Shown here piece by piece: positions 48,606 to 60,028 of a stretch of 64,000 nt of DNA. This DNA is from an uncultured Gammaproteobacteria bacterium (GTDB taxonomy: Bacteria > Pseudomonadota > Gammaproteobacteria > CAZYYU01). The stretch spans positions 48,014-112,013 of the forward strand of contig CAZYYU010000003.1 of NCBI GenBank assembly GCA_964651735.1. The letters run 5' to 3'. Numbering within the stretch: the first letter of the stretch is position 1; the number at the start of each line of letters is the position of its first letter. The notes below the pieces were generated by a model that ran no database searches, was not told the DNA's origin, and saw only the letters and a list, made by a program, of their open reading frames with translations. A program made the position numbers and the translations under genes.

Positions 48606-50897
48606 TTAGAAAAGTGCAGCCAATCCAAATGTTAAAGTATTTTGAACAGTTGATTTTCTTTCATGTTCGTATTCACTAAAAAAATCCAAACCAGGCATTA
48701 GTCGATAATAGGGTCTTAGCATATATCGCATTTCACTTAAGCCAGAATGTGTTGCGGCAATGCCTCGTACACCTAAGCGAATAAAAAAATTATTGGTAAT
48801 TTGTGTATCACGCGATAATTCAACATCTAATTTTGCACTACTACCGTCCGAATATCCTCTCATATGCAAATCGATAAAATAAGGCAACAATCCTTCCACA
48901 CCTATCCCAACTTGCCAAGAAGGTGATGAAGAAGGACGATAAACATAATTCACCCCACCTTTAATGGCCCAAAATTGATTCAAAAGATGCCAATAGAAAA
49001 TATCAACATCGGCATTCTCCACACTAGCTTTAATAATTTCTGCGTCATTAATAAATAATTCAAGCTTATGATAATCCTTGCCATATAATCCCTTAAAGCT
49101 AATGCGTTGTGCATTATTAAAAGGATCAACACCAATATCTAAATAATTCGCGAACCATAATTCCGTAGCATGTGCCATCGGATGCTTAACTAAAGATTGA
49201 TCAATAGGCCTTGTTTTATCGATTCGTACGATGGGCCTATTTCTAAACTGTGTTTGCTGTTCAATATGTTGTGCTTGTGCATTTTTCTGAGTGATATCTA
49301 AAAGCGTATTATATTGAAAAACGCGCGACATCCCTGACACCATGTGATAAAGCAAATGACAATGAAAGAACCATTGACCACTAGCATCCGTATCCACATC
49401 TGCTGTCATTGTAGCGCCTGGTGCTACATCAATAGTATGTAAGAGTGGATCGTAAGCACCCTGCCCCTTACGTAAAATAAACCAATGACCATGAATATGC
49501 ATAGGATGATGCATCATGGAAGTATTTTTGAATACAAATCGATATCGCTTCCCCGGTTTTAAAACAATTGGATGTGCTTTATATTCAGGTAGACCATTAA
49601 TAAACCATATAAATCGATCCATATAACCAAATAATTCCATGTTTATCACACCTTCAACAGGTTTAGTGGGATCATTGGTTTTAACGGTGGCAATCATTTT
49701 TTCATATTTTGTACCTGGTGTTGTTTTGTAAGATGAAGTAGTCGCTAAAATTTTATCACCAACGGTTGTAGATTCAGTCGGCATATCCATGTTCATCTTG
49801 TGATGAGCAGACATGTGATGCCCCATCATCGACATCATTTCTCGAGTTACAGGTAATGGTTCAGGAAATGTTTTTACATCTTGGTAGTTCATCTTCTGCT
49901 GAGGTGAAGTTAGTAAAGCACCATAAGCAGCGCCCACAGTATCCATGGATTCAGCATAAATAATATAGGGTTCATTTTTTTGAATTTTCACCAACACGTC
50001 GTAAGTTTCGCCTGGCGCAATGGTAAAATCGTTGAGCATATAAGGTTTTACATCATTACCTTGAGCATGCACCATCTGCATAGGAGTACCCGGTATTTTA
50101 ACATGAAAAATAGTACTACCCCCAGCACCTATAAATCGCAATCGAACAACATCTCCTATTTTCACCGGCGCCCTCCAAGGAGAAGTTTTTGGCTGACCGT
50201 TTAACAAAAACGCATCAAAGGCCACATCGCTAATATCGTAAATACTCATGCGCATTTGCTGCATCATTTTATAATCATCAACTAATTGTTTCCGTTCATC
50301 TTGATTTGCTTTTCGATAATCATGAAAAAATTTCACCAGAGATGGCTGTAATGGGAATTGTGAAGAATAATAGGAACCTTCTTTCTTAAGATGAGAAAGT
50401 ATTTTATCGGGATGCGTGTTACTCCAATCTGACAAGACAACCACATAATCTTTGGTATATTTATAGGGAGGCGCTTTAGGAGGATCAATTAAAAAAGCAC
50501 CATATAATCCTTGCTGTTCTTGAAGCCCAGCATGCGCATGGTACCAATAGGTACCTGCCTGATGAAGTTTAAACTGATAAGAAAATACACCACCAGGTGG
50601 AATTCCTTTTTGCGTAATTCCCTCAACACCATCTGCTTGCCAAGGCACCAAAATTCCATGCCAATGTATGACTGTTTTTTTATCAAGTTTATTATGAACA
50701 TTAATGGTGACATGATCACCTGCTTTAAAATGCAAGGTAGGCGCTGGAATTTGATGATTAACAGCGATAGCTTTCCTAGCTTTACCAGTATAATAAACGG
50801 TTTTATAGGCGACTTCTAAATTAACAACTTGATTCGCAGAAAAAGCATTGGGTACAAAAAAAAAGGCAAGCATGAAAATCGTAAATACCCTTTTCAC
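48606..50897 (-). CDS. multicopper oxidase (CopA/PcoA-like) fused to C-terminal CopB-like outer-membrane beta-barrel domain
   Basis: signal peptide; copper-binding HWHGI, HAHAG, HPMHIHGH, HCHLLYHMVSGM; extra about 250-aa C-terminal region ending ...TLTFGLAALF (terminal Phe, beta-barrel-like). Confidence 0.82.
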   Translation of the reverse strand: MKRVFTIFMLAFFFVPNAFSANQVVNLEVAYKTVYYTGKARKAIAVNHQIPAPTLHFKAGDHVTINVHNKLDKKTVIHWHGILVPWQADGVEGITQKGIPPGGVFSYQFKLHQAGTYWYHAHAGLQEQQGLYGAFLIDPPKAPPYKYTKDYVVVLSDWSNTHPDKILSHLKKEGSYYSSQFPLQPSLVKFFHDYRKANQDERKQLVDDYKMMQQMRMSIYDISDVAFDAFLLNGQPKTSPWRAPVKIGDVVRLRFIGAGGSTIFHVKIPGTPMQMVHAQGNDVKPYMLNDFTIAPGETYDVLVKIQKNEPYIIYAESMDTVGAAYGALLTSPQQKMNYQDVKTFPEPLPVTREMMSMMGHHMSAHHKMNMDMPTESTTVGDKILATTSSYKTTPGTKYEKMIATVKTNDPTKPVEGVINMELFGYMDRFIWFINGLPEYKAHPIVLKPGKRYRFVFKNTSMMHHPMHIHGHWFILRKGQGAYDPLLHTIDVAPGATMTADVDTDASGQWFFHCHLLYHMVSGMSRVFQYNTLLDITQKNAQAQHIEQQTQFRNRPIVRIDKTRPIDQSLVKHPMAHATELWFANYLDIGVDPFNNAQRISFKGLYGKDYHKLELFINDAEIIKASVENADVDIFYWHLLNQFWAIKGGVNYVYRPSSSPSWQVGIGVEGLLPYFIDLHMRGYSDGSSAKLDVELSRDTQITNNFFIRLGVRGIAATHSGLSEMRYMLRPYYRLMPGLDFFSEYEHERKSTVQNTLTFGLAALF

Positions 50898-50914
50898 TCT
50901 ACAAGCTCCCTCAC

Positions 50915-52981
50915 TTATTTGACGTATCGCAGTCTTAAAGCGTTAGCAACTACTGAAACTGAACTTAAACTCATGGCCAATGCACCAATCATTGGACTCA
51001 GCAAAATTCCAGTCCAAGGATACAAGATTCCTGCTGCAATTGGAATACAAACAATATTATATATAAATGCCAACACTAAATTTTCTCGAATATTACGCAT
51101 GACTTTTTTACTCAATTGTCTTGCACGCACAATACCACCTAGGTCACCTTTGACTAAGGTAATACTCGAACTTTGCTTCGCCACATCGGTTCCTGTACCC
51201 ATAGCGATACCAATATCAGCTTGAGCTAAAGCAGGCGCATCGTTGATGCCATCTCCTGCCATCGCAACAATTAATCCATCTTGTTGTAATTTTTTTACGA
51301 TAACATTTTTTTGAGTCGGCAATACTTCAGCCTCTACATCAACAATACCCAATTTTTTAGCAATGGCATTTGCTGTCGTACGATTAGCCCCCGTCACCAT
51401 CACAATATGAATACCCTCTTTGGCTAATAAATGTAAAGCTGAGGCAGTAGAATCTTTAATAGTATCACTCACACTAATTATTCCAGCCACTTGTGTTTCT
51501 ACCACAACATAAATTACTGTCTCACCTAATTGACGCAATTCTTCAGCTTTATTTTCCAATGATTTGAGAGAAATATTGAGAGCCTCAACTAATTTGACAT
51601 TCCCCAATGCAATTTTTTTATTTTTGTAAACACCAGTGACACCTTTGCCTATCTCCGCTGAAAAATCGCTTATCCTTTCCAAATTAATATTTCGATCTTT
51701 TGCTGCTTTCACTATGGCACTGGCCAATGGATGCTCACTTTGATTTTCCAAACTTGCAGCCATCAATAAAATTTGATCCTCATAAAATCCTACAGCAGGA
51801 ATAATATTATTTACTCTGGGTTTTCCTTCAGTGAGCGTTCCTGTTTTATCAACTACCAGCGTATTTACTTTTTCAATACCTTCTAAACATTCTGCATTTT
51901 TTATCAAAACACCCATTTGAGCGCCCCGACCCATTCCAACCATCACTGACATGGGTGTGGCTAATCCGAGTGCACAGGGACATGCAATAATTAATACCGA
52001 AATTGCAGAAATTAAACCATAGCTCATTGAAGGTGAGGGACCCAAAAATGTCCAGCCTAATAAAGTCATTATCGCAACAAATAAAACCACTGGCACAAAA
52101 TATCCAGAAATAACATCCGCTAGTCGTTGGATTGGTGCTCGTGAACGCTGCGCTTCAGAAACCAGATTAACAATTTGCGCAAGCAGGGTGTCTTTGCCCA
52201 CATGTTCTGTCCTTAAAATAAAACTTCCATTCAGATTGAGGGTACCCCCAATTACTTTTGATCCAATAACTTTTTCAACAGGAATAGATTCACCACTAAT
52301 CATAGACTCATCAACAGAACTATGTCCTTCAACGACCTCACCATCAATAGGAACTTTTTCCCCTGGACGTACACGCAAATAATCACCTAGTTGAACATCT
52401 TCTAAAGCGATATCCGTTTCAATATTATTCTTTATTCGTCGCGCCATTTTCGGCGATAAATCAAGTAATGCTCGCAAAGCATTTCCAGTCTGCTCTCTAG
52501 CTTTTAATTCTAACACTTGCCCCATCAATACCAAGGCAGTGATAACACTTGCCGCTTCAAAATAAAGATCAACCTGACCATTGTGTCCACGAAAAATAGG
52601 TGGAAATAATCCTGGAAAAAATAATCCTACAATACTGTAACCATAAGCAATCAACACTCCTAAAGCAATGAGTGTAAACATGTTTAAATGCCGGTCAACA
52701 AGGGATAAATAGCCTCGTTTTAACAAGGGCCAACCTGCCCACATCACCACTATTGTCGCAAAAATAAATTGAATCCAAGGAGACAATAGTGCTGAAATTA
52801 GAGGAATAGAGAGAAAAACACTTAGCCAAAAACGCCGCGACATATCAATTAATTCTTTATTCACCACGACATCTGCCATGACTTTCTTAGGTTCTAAAGT
52901 CATACCGCAAATTGGGCAGCTTCCAGGATGTTCACGAGCAATTTCTGGGTGCATCGGACAAATATAGATTTGTTGTGACAT
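50915..52981 (-). CDS. copA: copper-translocating P1B-type ATPase
   Basis: N-terminal CPMHPEI...CPICGM metal-binding (TRASH/YHS-like), TM CPC motif, DKTGTLT phosphorylation site, GDGINDAP. Confidence 0.92.
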   Translation of the reverse strand: MSQQIYICPMHPEIAREHPGSCPICGMTLEPKKVMADVVVNKELIDMSRRFWLSVFLSIPLISALLSPWIQFIFATIVVMWAGWPLLKRGYLSLVDRHLNMFTLIALGVLIAYGYSIVGLFFPGLFPPIFRGHNGQVDLYFEAASVITALVLMGQVLELKAREQTGNALRALLDLSPKMARRIKNNIETDIALEDVQLGDYLRVRPGEKVPIDGEVVEGHSSVDESMISGESIPVEKVIGSKVIGGTLNLNGSFILRTEHVGKDTLLAQIVNLVSEAQRSRAPIQRLADVISGYFVPVVLFVAIMTLLGWTFLGPSPSMSYGLISAISVLIIACPCALGLATPMSVMVGMGRGAQMGVLIKNAECLEGIEKVNTLVVDKTGTLTEGKPRVNNIIPAVGFYEDQILLMAASLENQSEHPLASAIVKAAKDRNINLERISDFSAEIGKGVTGVYKNKKIALGNVKLVEALNISLKSLENKAEELRQLGETVIYVVVETQVAGIISVSDTIKDSTASALHLLAKEGIHIVMVTGANRTTANAIAKKLGIVDVEAEVLPTQKNVIVKKLQQDGLIVAMAGDGINDAPALAQADIGIAMGTGTDVAKQSSSITLVKGDLGGIVRARQLSKKVMRNIRENLVLAFIYNIVCIPIAAGILYPWTGILLSPMIGALAMSLSSVSVVANALRLRYVK

Positions 52982-53058
52982 TCAACATTTTCCTTCGCAA
53001 TAAAAAAGAGGTCAAATTCTAAAATAGAAAATGACCTCTGTACAAGTACTGACAAGAA

Positions 53059-53463
53059 TTAGTAATTTATAATCTTGCTAATACTTTTAGCACGACGTAC
53101 CCAAAAGCTCACTTGCTTTTGTGAAGGTAGTTGTTTAACGTAATGACGTTTTTGATTCAACGACTTCATCTTTTTGCAAAGCGCTTCTGGTTTTGTACGA
53201 GCCAATTGTTTTAAATTTTCAATTCCACAACATTGCAGAAGATTTGAAAATTGACCACCGATACCTCGAATACGAGTAAAATCAGTAGCGGCTACCCATT
53301 GAGTAAATTTCTTAACAGGCACACCAATCTTACGAGCAATAGAATTTCGATCATTTAATCTAGTTGCTTTTTTAAGCAATGAATATGTTGATCTAATTCC
53401 ACATCGGCTTAACTTACTGGCAAAACTCTTTGTTATGCCTTGAATTTCAGTTAGCTTTGTCAT
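53059..53463 (-). CDS. helix-hairpin-helix DNA-binding protein (DUF4332-like)
   Basis: two HhH-like GIG motifs (IQGITKSFASKL; IRGIGGQFSNLLQ); 134 aa basic protein. Confidence 0.55.
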   Translation of the reverse strand: MTKLTEIQGITKSFASKLSRCGIRSTYSLLKKATRLNDRNSIARKIGVPVKKFTQWVAATDFTRIRGIGGQFSNLLQCCGIENLKQLARTKPEALCKKMKSLNQKRHYVKQLPSQKQVSFWVRRAKSISKIINY

Positions 53464-53548
53464 TTCTACACTCCTTTGTTATATAGTGTAAAGAAAGTAT
53501 AGACTATCCCTAAAAGACGGTGTCGAGCCACTACCAGACTGCTTAAAC

Positions 53549-54775
53549 TCAGAGTTCAGGCAACCAATGCAAGGTACTGGCGACTTGAAAAAATATCACT
53601 AATATAGCACCCAGAATTGTTATGATAAGCAAGGGCTTACCGCCAGGTACTTTGAAAACCATGTCCCGATTTTCTTTATACCGAGCTTTCCAAATCATTA
53701 ATGGCGGCAAAATACCATATAAAACCGCTACGAATACACCAGCGTAACTGATCGCTAATACAAAACCTGAAGGGAAAAAGATTGAAAATAAAAAGGGAGG
53801 AATTAAGGTTAATAAAATTAATTTCACTCTCCCTTTAAGATCCTTTTTAATTTGCAAGCCATCTGATAGAAAATCCATTACACTTAACACAACCGCGACA
53901 AAAGAAGTCACTAAAGCAAAAAATGAAAAACTGCCAACAATGGATGAGATCCACGCACGTCCTGAAAATTGATGGATGGCATGTGTCAGACCGGCCACAG
54001 GATGTGATCCCTGAGCAATGGCGACTAATCCAAACTCGCCGGAATTAGGTAACACGCCTAAAATTACAAATTCCCACAAACTATAAAATAACAAGGGAAC
54101 CATACTTCCCACAATTAAAATGCGTAACAACCTAGGAAGGCTATTTTCCAAATACACTCTCAAGCTCGGAACAATGATATGTGAAGTAAAAGAAAGCACA
54201 ACAACAGGAACAGCAGCCAATAAATATTTAGGCTGACCTTCAATCAAATGTTCAAATTGCACATGTGGACTCACAAAAAATACCAGTGCCAAATATGAGG
54301 CAATTAATCCAATCATCAGAAAGCGATTCAAATAATCAACTAACCATGCTCCAAAAAATACAATAGCACCAAAAAATATGGCAAAAACAAAAGCGCCCCA
54401 TTGCCCTTGCGTCTCTGTTACAGCCTCACTGGTGAATATTTTCGCAAGTAATGATCCTCCGGCAGACATATATGCCGCAGCTACAGAATACATTAATAAT
54501 AAGAACGAACACCAACTAATAATTTGTCCAAATGCCCCCAATCGTTTTTTAGCCATGGAAATAATATTGGATTCCAAATTTTCTTCATAAAGATTGGCTT
54601 CTAACAAGAAAAGTAAAGTCACTAACATATAGGCAAAGCAAATTAAAAAGAGCCCCATTGAACCAATAAAACCACCTACACCCGTTGTGATAGGAAGTGC
54701 CAACATACCAGCACCAATCGAAGTTCCTGCAACTAAAAGTATTCCGCCAATGGTTTTGTTGTCATACAGTTTCAT
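53549..54775 (-). CDS. aromatic amino acid permease (HAAAP family, TyrP/Mtr-like)
   Basis: N-terminal [19 protein letters not shown] signature; 11 TM. Confidence 0.8.
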   Translation of the reverse strand: MKLYDNKTIGGILLVAGTSIGAGMLALPITTGVGGFIGSMGLFLICFAYMLVTLLFLLEANLYEENLESNIISMAKKRLGAFGQIISWCSFLLLMYSVAAAYMSAGGSLLAKIFTSEAVTETQGQWGAFVFAIFFGAIVFFGAWLVDYLNRFLMIGLIASYLALVFFVSPHVQFEHLIEGQPKYLLAAVPVVVLSFTSHIIVPSLRVYLENSLPRLLRILIVGSMVPLLFYSLWEFVILGVLPNSGEFGLVAIAQGSHPVAGLTHAIHQFSGRAWISSIVGSFSFFALVTSFVAVVLSVMDFLSDGLQIKKDLKGRVKLILLTLIPPFLFSIFFPSGFVLAISYAGVFVAVLYGILPPLMIWKARYKENRDMVFKVPGGKPLLIITILGAILVIFFQVASTLHWLPEL

Positions 54776-57605
54776 AAGCTCGCTTCACATGTTGTTGTAA
54801 ATATTGGCCGGTGTAGGAGTTTTGCATTTCCATCACCTTCTCGGGTGTTCCAGTGGCTATCACCTTTCCCCCTCGATCGCCCCCCTCTGGCCCCAAATCG
54901 ATAATCCAATCCGAAGCATACACTACATCTAAATTATGTTCGATAATAATGATGGTATTTCCTTGATCACGCAAACGGTGTAATACTGTCAATAATTGTT
55001 TGATATCATGAAAATGTAAGCCTGTCGTGGGCTCATCTAAGATATACAACGTATTTCCCGTATCTCGTCGCACTAGTTCTCGAGCTAATTTCACTCGCTG
55101 TGCTTCACCACCTGACAAGGTTGGCGCACTTTGGCCCAAATGAACATAGGATAATCCCACATCGACAAGAGTTTGCAATTTTCTCGATAATTGCGGAACA
55201 TTTTTAAAAAATTCCAACGCTTCTTCAACAGATAATTCCAGAATTTCGTGAATATTTTTTCCTTTGTAACGAATTTCCAAGGTTTCACGGTTATAACGTT
55301 TCCCTCGACACACATCACATTCCACATAAATATCCGCCAAAAAATGCATTTCCACTTTGATCATGCCATCGCCTTCGCACGCTTCGCAACGACCACCTTT
55401 TACATTAAAACTAAAACGTCCCACATTATACCCACGCGCTCTAGACTCCGGCGTACCTGCAAACAAATCACGAATCACCGTAAAAATACCTGTATAGGTT
55501 GCAGGATTTGATCGTGGAGTTCGACCGATAGGTGATTGATCTACGGCAACGACTTTATCCAGATGCCCAAGTCCTGTTATATTTTCATAAGGTCCTGGTT
55601 CCATCAATGTTGCACCGTTTAATTCACGGGCAGCAATAGGATATAAAGTATCATTAATTAAACTGGATTTACCAGAACCGGAAACACCGGTAATACAAGT
55701 CATAATTCCAATGGGAATATCCACACTCACATTATTTAAATTGTTACATGTCGCACCAATTAATTTCAGTTGTTTTTTGACATCCCTAGGCAGTCGATTT
55801 TTGGCAATATGCACCTGCATTTTTCTGGATAAATATTGCCCTGTGAGCGATGCTTTATTTTTAATAATTTGAGCAGGTGTTCCTTGTGCAACAACTTTAC
55901 CACCATGCACACCCGCACCCGGACCAATATCAACAACATGATCTGCAATTAAAATCGCATCCTCATCATGCTCCACAACAATAACTGTATTTCCTAATTC
56001 ACGCAGATGAATTAACGTTTTTAATAATCGTGCATTATCCCGCTGATGTAATCCAATGGAAGGCTCATCTAAAATATACATAACACCCATCAAACCAGAA
56101 CCGATCTGACTAGCCAAGCGTATCCGTTGCGCTTCCCCGCCGGATAAAGTTTCTGCGCTTCTCGCTAAGGTTAAATAATCCAAACCCACGCTTACTAAAA
56201 ATTGTAAGCGCGCATTAATTTCAATCAGAATTTTTTTAGCAATTTCTCCACGACGTCCTGTCATTTTAATTTTTTGAAAAAATTCCAAAGCACGACCTAT
56301 CGATAAATCTGCCACTTGCGGCAAATTCATATTTTCAAAAAAGACATGTCTGGCTTCTACTCTCAAACGCGCACCACCACATTTTTCACAAGCACGCGTC
56401 GTCAAATATTTTGCAAGCTCCTCTCGTACCGCTTGAGATTCCGTTTCATGATAGCGTCGACTCATGGTATTTATCACGCCTTCAAAGCTATGCTCTCGAT
56501 GACGCGCCTTTCCTCTGTCACTCATATAAACAAAATCAATTTCTTCATCACCACTGCCAAATAAAATAATATCTTTAATCTTTTGCGGTAATTCTTCAAA
56601 AGGAGTTTCAACATCAAAATCATAGTGTTTTGCCAAGGAAGTCATCATCTGAAAATAATAAAAACTGCGTCGATCCCAACCACGAATTGCACCACCCGCT
56701 AAACTTAAACTGCTATCCACAACGACTTTTTTTTCATCAAAGGATTGATCCGTTCCCAAACCATTACAGGCCTCACAAGCACCCAGAGGATTATTAAAAG
56801 AAAATAATCGAGGCGCCAATTCTTTCAAACTGTAGCCACAAATTGGACAGGCAAATTTTGAAGAGAAAATTTGATCAGGAATTTCTGGATGATCCATCTG
56901 AGCAATACTCACAAGACCATCAGTAAGTTGCAAGGCTGTTTCTAATGATTCAGCAAGACGCTGCTGTAAATCCGCCCGAACTTTAACACGATCCACCACC
57001 ACATCAATCGTATGCTTTTTTCTCAACTCCAACTTCGGCAGTTGATCCAAATCCACCACCACACCATTAATTCGCGCCCGCACAAAACCTTTACTACGTA
57101 ATTCTTGTAATAATTGCTCATGCTCACCTTTACGATTCTGTACGATAGGTGCCAAAACCATCAGCTTAGTCTCTTCAGGCATGGCTAAAATAATATCCAC
57201 CATCTGAGTAATAGTCTGAGCCTCAAGGGTAATCTTATGTTCAGGACATTGAGGCTGACCCGCCCGAGCAAATAACAAACGTAAATAATCGTAAATTTCA
57301 GTGATGGTCCCCACCGTGGATCGAGGGTTATGCGAAGTCGCTTTTTGTTCTATAGAAATTGCGGGTGATAAGCCTTCGATATGATCCACATCTGGCTTAG
57401 ACATCATCGACAAAAACTGCCGAGCATAGGACGATAAGGATTCAACATAACGTCTTTGCCCTTCAGCATATAAAGTATCAAAAGCCAAGGAAGACTTTCC
57501 AGATCCTGAAAGCCCAGTAATAACAATCAATTTATCTCGAGGCAAGTCAAGGTCAATATTTTTTAAATTATGAGTGCGCGCACCACGAATACGTATTTGG
57601 GACAT
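54762..57605 (-). CDS. uvrA: excinuclease ABC subunit A
   Basis: full-length 947 aa; two ABC modules ([28 protein letters not shown]...; [10 protein letters not shown]...), zinc-finger Cys clusters, LSGGEAQR signatures. Confidence 0.97.
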   Translation of the reverse strand: MSQIRIRGARTHNLKNIDLDLPRDKLIVITGLSGSGKSSLAFDTLYAEGQRRYVESLSSYARQFLSMMSKPDVDHIEGLSPAISIEQKATSHNPRSTVGTITEIYDYLRLLFARAGQPQCPEHKITLEAQTITQMVDIILAMPEETKLMVLAPIVQNRKGEHEQLLQELRSKGFVRARINGVVVDLDQLPKLELRKKHTIDVVVDRVKVRADLQQRLAESLETALQLTDGLVSIAQMDHPEIPDQIFSSKFACPICGYSLKELAPRLFSFNNPLGACEACNGLGTDQSFDEKKVVVDSSLSLAGGAIRGWDRRSFYYFQMMTSLAKHYDFDVETPFEELPQKIKDIILFGSGDEEIDFVYMSDRGKARHREHSFEGVINTMSRRYHETESQAVREELAKYLTTRACEKCGGARLRVEARHVFFENMNLPQVADLSIGRALEFFQKIKMTGRRGEIAKKILIEINARLQFLVSVGLDYLTLARSAETLSGGEAQRIRLASQIGSGLMGVMYILDEPSIGLHQRDNARLLKTLIHLRELGNTVIVVEHDEDAILIADHVVDIGPGAGVHGGKVVAQGTPAQIIKNKASLTGQYLSRKMQVHIAKNRLPRDVKKQLKLIGATCNNLNNVSVDIPIGIMTCITGVSGSGKSSLINDTLYPIAARELNGATLMEPGPYENITGLGHLDKVVAVDQSPIGRTPRSNPATYTGIFTVIRDLFAGTPESRARGYNVGRFSFNVKGGRCEACEGDGMIKVEMHFLADIYVECDVCRGKRYNRETLEIRYKGKNIHEILELSVEEALEFFKNVPQLSRKLQTLVDVGLSYVHLGQSAPTLSGGEAQRVKLARELVRRDTGNTLYILDEPTTGLHFHDIKQLLTVLHRLRDQGNTIIIIEHNLDVVYASDWIIDLGPEGGDRGGKVIATGTPEKVMEMQNSYTGQYLQQHVKRAYETV

Positions 57606-57664
57606 GGGTTCACCGTTTTTATGTGAACCCTAATGGTAAACTTAAGCCCTTCTAATGACAACTC

Positions 57665-59977
57665 TTATCTATGCATTGGAGATGAAGACGAAGAGACATT
57701 ATCAAATTCTACAGATTCATAAGGATTAATGCCCTCTAAATCTTCTACGTCCCCTGGACCAGCATCTTCTTTTGAGAATTCTACGGATTGAAGAGGATCA
57801 AACGCTTCTAAATCAGGTACATCAGGTTCTACATCATCTTGATCTTGATCTTCATCATATCCTTCACTATCTTCCTCACTTCCTTCTTCATCTTGATCGG
57901 CTTCAAAAGCTTCTTCATCCTGAGGTATAACGGTTGCTGCTTCTAACCCAGCATCTTCTTCGATAGCTTCAAGCAGTTCAGGCTTACGATGAAACTCAAC
58001 TAAGTCTTCAGGTCTTTTTGCAGTTAGCAGAAACTCAGGACTTCTAAACTCTTCTTCTTGAGCTTGCCGCGCATCATCTACAGCATCAAAGTCAGCAAAT
58101 TCTTCCCCAAAGCTCTCCGCTAAACCAGGAAATCCTTTTCCATCAACAGCTCCTAAGACAAAAGAGAAACTCTCATTTTTAGATCGATCTCCAAAAAACG
58201 AAGCTCCACTGAAAGCTCTACCCTCTTCTCGAGAATCACTCTGAGGCCTATCACCCTTAATTAGACTCTTTTTCACAGATCCCATATTTACACTTGCTAA
58301 AGATGCTAGGTAAACATCAATCAGCCCATCATTCTGAGGCGTATCAACTCTAGGAGTACCCTTTTTCGCAGATCCGCGTCTTTCACTCTGCGGTGTTTTA
58401 ACTTTAGAAGTTAATGCTGCATCGTCTAACATTTGACGATGATTCTTTTTAGTGGATCCCGGTTTTTCACTTTGTGGAGTTTTGACTCTCGGAAGAGTCT
58501 CTGTATCGTGAGGTGTCTTAGGTCCTGCCAAAAGGGAGGCCTGATCTACTCCAAGTAAAGGAGAATCAAACTCTCTTGGCTTAGGACTATGCCCTAATAT
58601 CTCAGCAATCTCTGGTTGAGGAGAAGCCAGACTCCTGTTTGAACCTACTTTGTAAAATTTAGATAAATCTATCCGCCCCGAATCATTTCCACCCCTTAAT
58701 TTCGAAACTTGAACTGGATTTAGCGCGAATGAAGAGGAAGAAGTATGAGGATGAGGATGACTAAGACTAGCCTGTTTTTTATCACCAAAAATATCAGGAC
58801 TTCGAGTGGCTGGGGAGCCATAAAATCTGGATAACACATCAGGAGAATCTAGCGGATTCTGACTAGGCTTAGGAAGTTCGCTCTTAACAGGAGAAGACAA
58901 AGATTGTTGAACAAATGCAACTGTACTCACTTCAGATGAATCTTTAGTGGGTGGAGCTGCTAAGATTTGTTGTTCTTCTTCCTTAAGTGTGAATGGAAGT
59001 ACAGCGACGATAGGCTGAGAATCTTTAGCGAGTGGACTTGTTAGAGGTTCTAGAAGTTCTTTTTCACCTTCCTCTTCACTATCTAGAGATTCATCATCTA
59101 CCTTATTTTCTCCATCATCTTGAGGAATAGTAAAGGGTAAAACAGCGACTAAGGGCTTAGAAGATTGGTGTGCATCCTTCTGTTTAACAGAGTTTGAATG
59201 TATAGAGGATATATCACAATCACCTAAAGACTTTGGAGCATCGCTAGACTTCTCTTCTTGATGAAGTGATTTATCTTTTTTTGGCTTTTTCGCTTTACTG
59301 CTGTGACTCTGACTGAACTCTTGACTCTTCGAAAGCTTTTGACTCTTTTTGCTAGATCGAGAAGCATCTACTTGAGTCGATTTACGTGAATCCTCTTCAA
59401 TATCAGTCTCTTCTTCAACACTCTGCTCAAAAGCACTCAGTTCTTTCATGTTAAGATCTGGAGGTAAATCGATATGAAATAATGCAAATAATTTTTTAAA
59501 TACTTCAAAATCCAATAAAATCCGTTTAATCCAACTACCGATACTTTTGGATTCAACTTTCAACTTAGCAAATAAATCAGGCTCATCTTTATACAACTGA
59601 GCAAGGGTTTCATCAGATAATTCAAATTGCTTTGCAAAATAGATGGCATGGTAAAGCACTTCAGAGGTAACAAGATCTTTATCACCACTTTCAAATATTT
59701 TTTTCACCAGCATTTGTGGTGCATAAAAACATTTGCCAGTTTCATTGATTAGCTCGAGGGCTTTATCTTCCTCCTCCTTCAAAAATACAGTAAACATATA
59801 ATAAACACCTTCGAGGTATTTAGACATATCTTTTAATAATTGTTTCCTAATTTTTTTATTAGTCCAATAGCTTTTAATTTTTTCTGTATCTTCGTCATCA
59901 AATTCAACAACCGCATCATCTGCTACTTCTAACAGATCTAATTCTTCTAAGATCTTTTTGGTAGGTTGTACTGCCAT
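57665..59977 (-). CDS. hypothetical low-complexity repeat protein (770 aa), Ser/Pro-rich middle and strongly acidic C-terminus; effector-like
   Basis: internal repeats ...VAVLPFTIPQDD.../...VAVLPFTLKEEE... and VKTPQSEKPGSTKK/VKTPQSERRGSAKK; C-terminal 120 aa about 35% D/E. Confidence 0.6.
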   Translation of the reverse strand: MAVQPTKKILEELDLLEVADDAVVEFDDEDTEKIKSYWTNKKIRKQLLKDMSKYLEGVYYMFTVFLKEEEDKALELINETGKCFYAPQMLVKKIFESGDKDLVTSEVLYHAIYFAKQFELSDETLAQLYKDEPDLFAKLKVESKSIGSWIKRILLDFEVFKKLFALFHIDLPPDLNMKELSAFEQSVEEETDIEEDSRKSTQVDASRSSKKSQKLSKSQEFSQSHSSKAKKPKKDKSLHQEEKSSDAPKSLGDCDISSIHSNSVKQKDAHQSSKPLVAVLPFTIPQDDGENKVDDESLDSEEEGEKELLEPLTSPLAKDSQPIVAVLPFTLKEEEQQILAAPPTKDSSEVSTVAFVQQSLSSPVKSELPKPSQNPLDSPDVLSRFYGSPATRSPDIFGDKKQASLSHPHPHTSSSSFALNPVQVSKLRGGNDSGRIDLSKFYKVGSNRSLASPQPEIAEILGHSPKPREFDSPLLGVDQASLLAGPKTPHDTETLPRVKTPQSEKPGSTKKNHRQMLDDAALTSKVKTPQSERRGSAKKGTPRVDTPQNDGLIDVYLASLASVNMGSVKKSLIKGDRPQSDSREEGRAFSGASFFGDRSKNESFSFVLGAVDGKGFPGLAESFGEEFADFDAVDDARQAQEEEFRSPEFLLTAKRPEDLVEFHRKPELLEAIEEDAGLEAATVIPQDEEAFEADQDEEGSEEDSEGYDEDQDQDDVEPDVPDLEAFDPLQSVEFSKEDAGPGDVEDLEGINPYESVEFDNVSSSSSPMHR

Positions 59978-60028
59978 TTTTTACTCTCCTTAAAAAGTCA
60001 CACTCTCTGATAATGACAAATTCATCTG

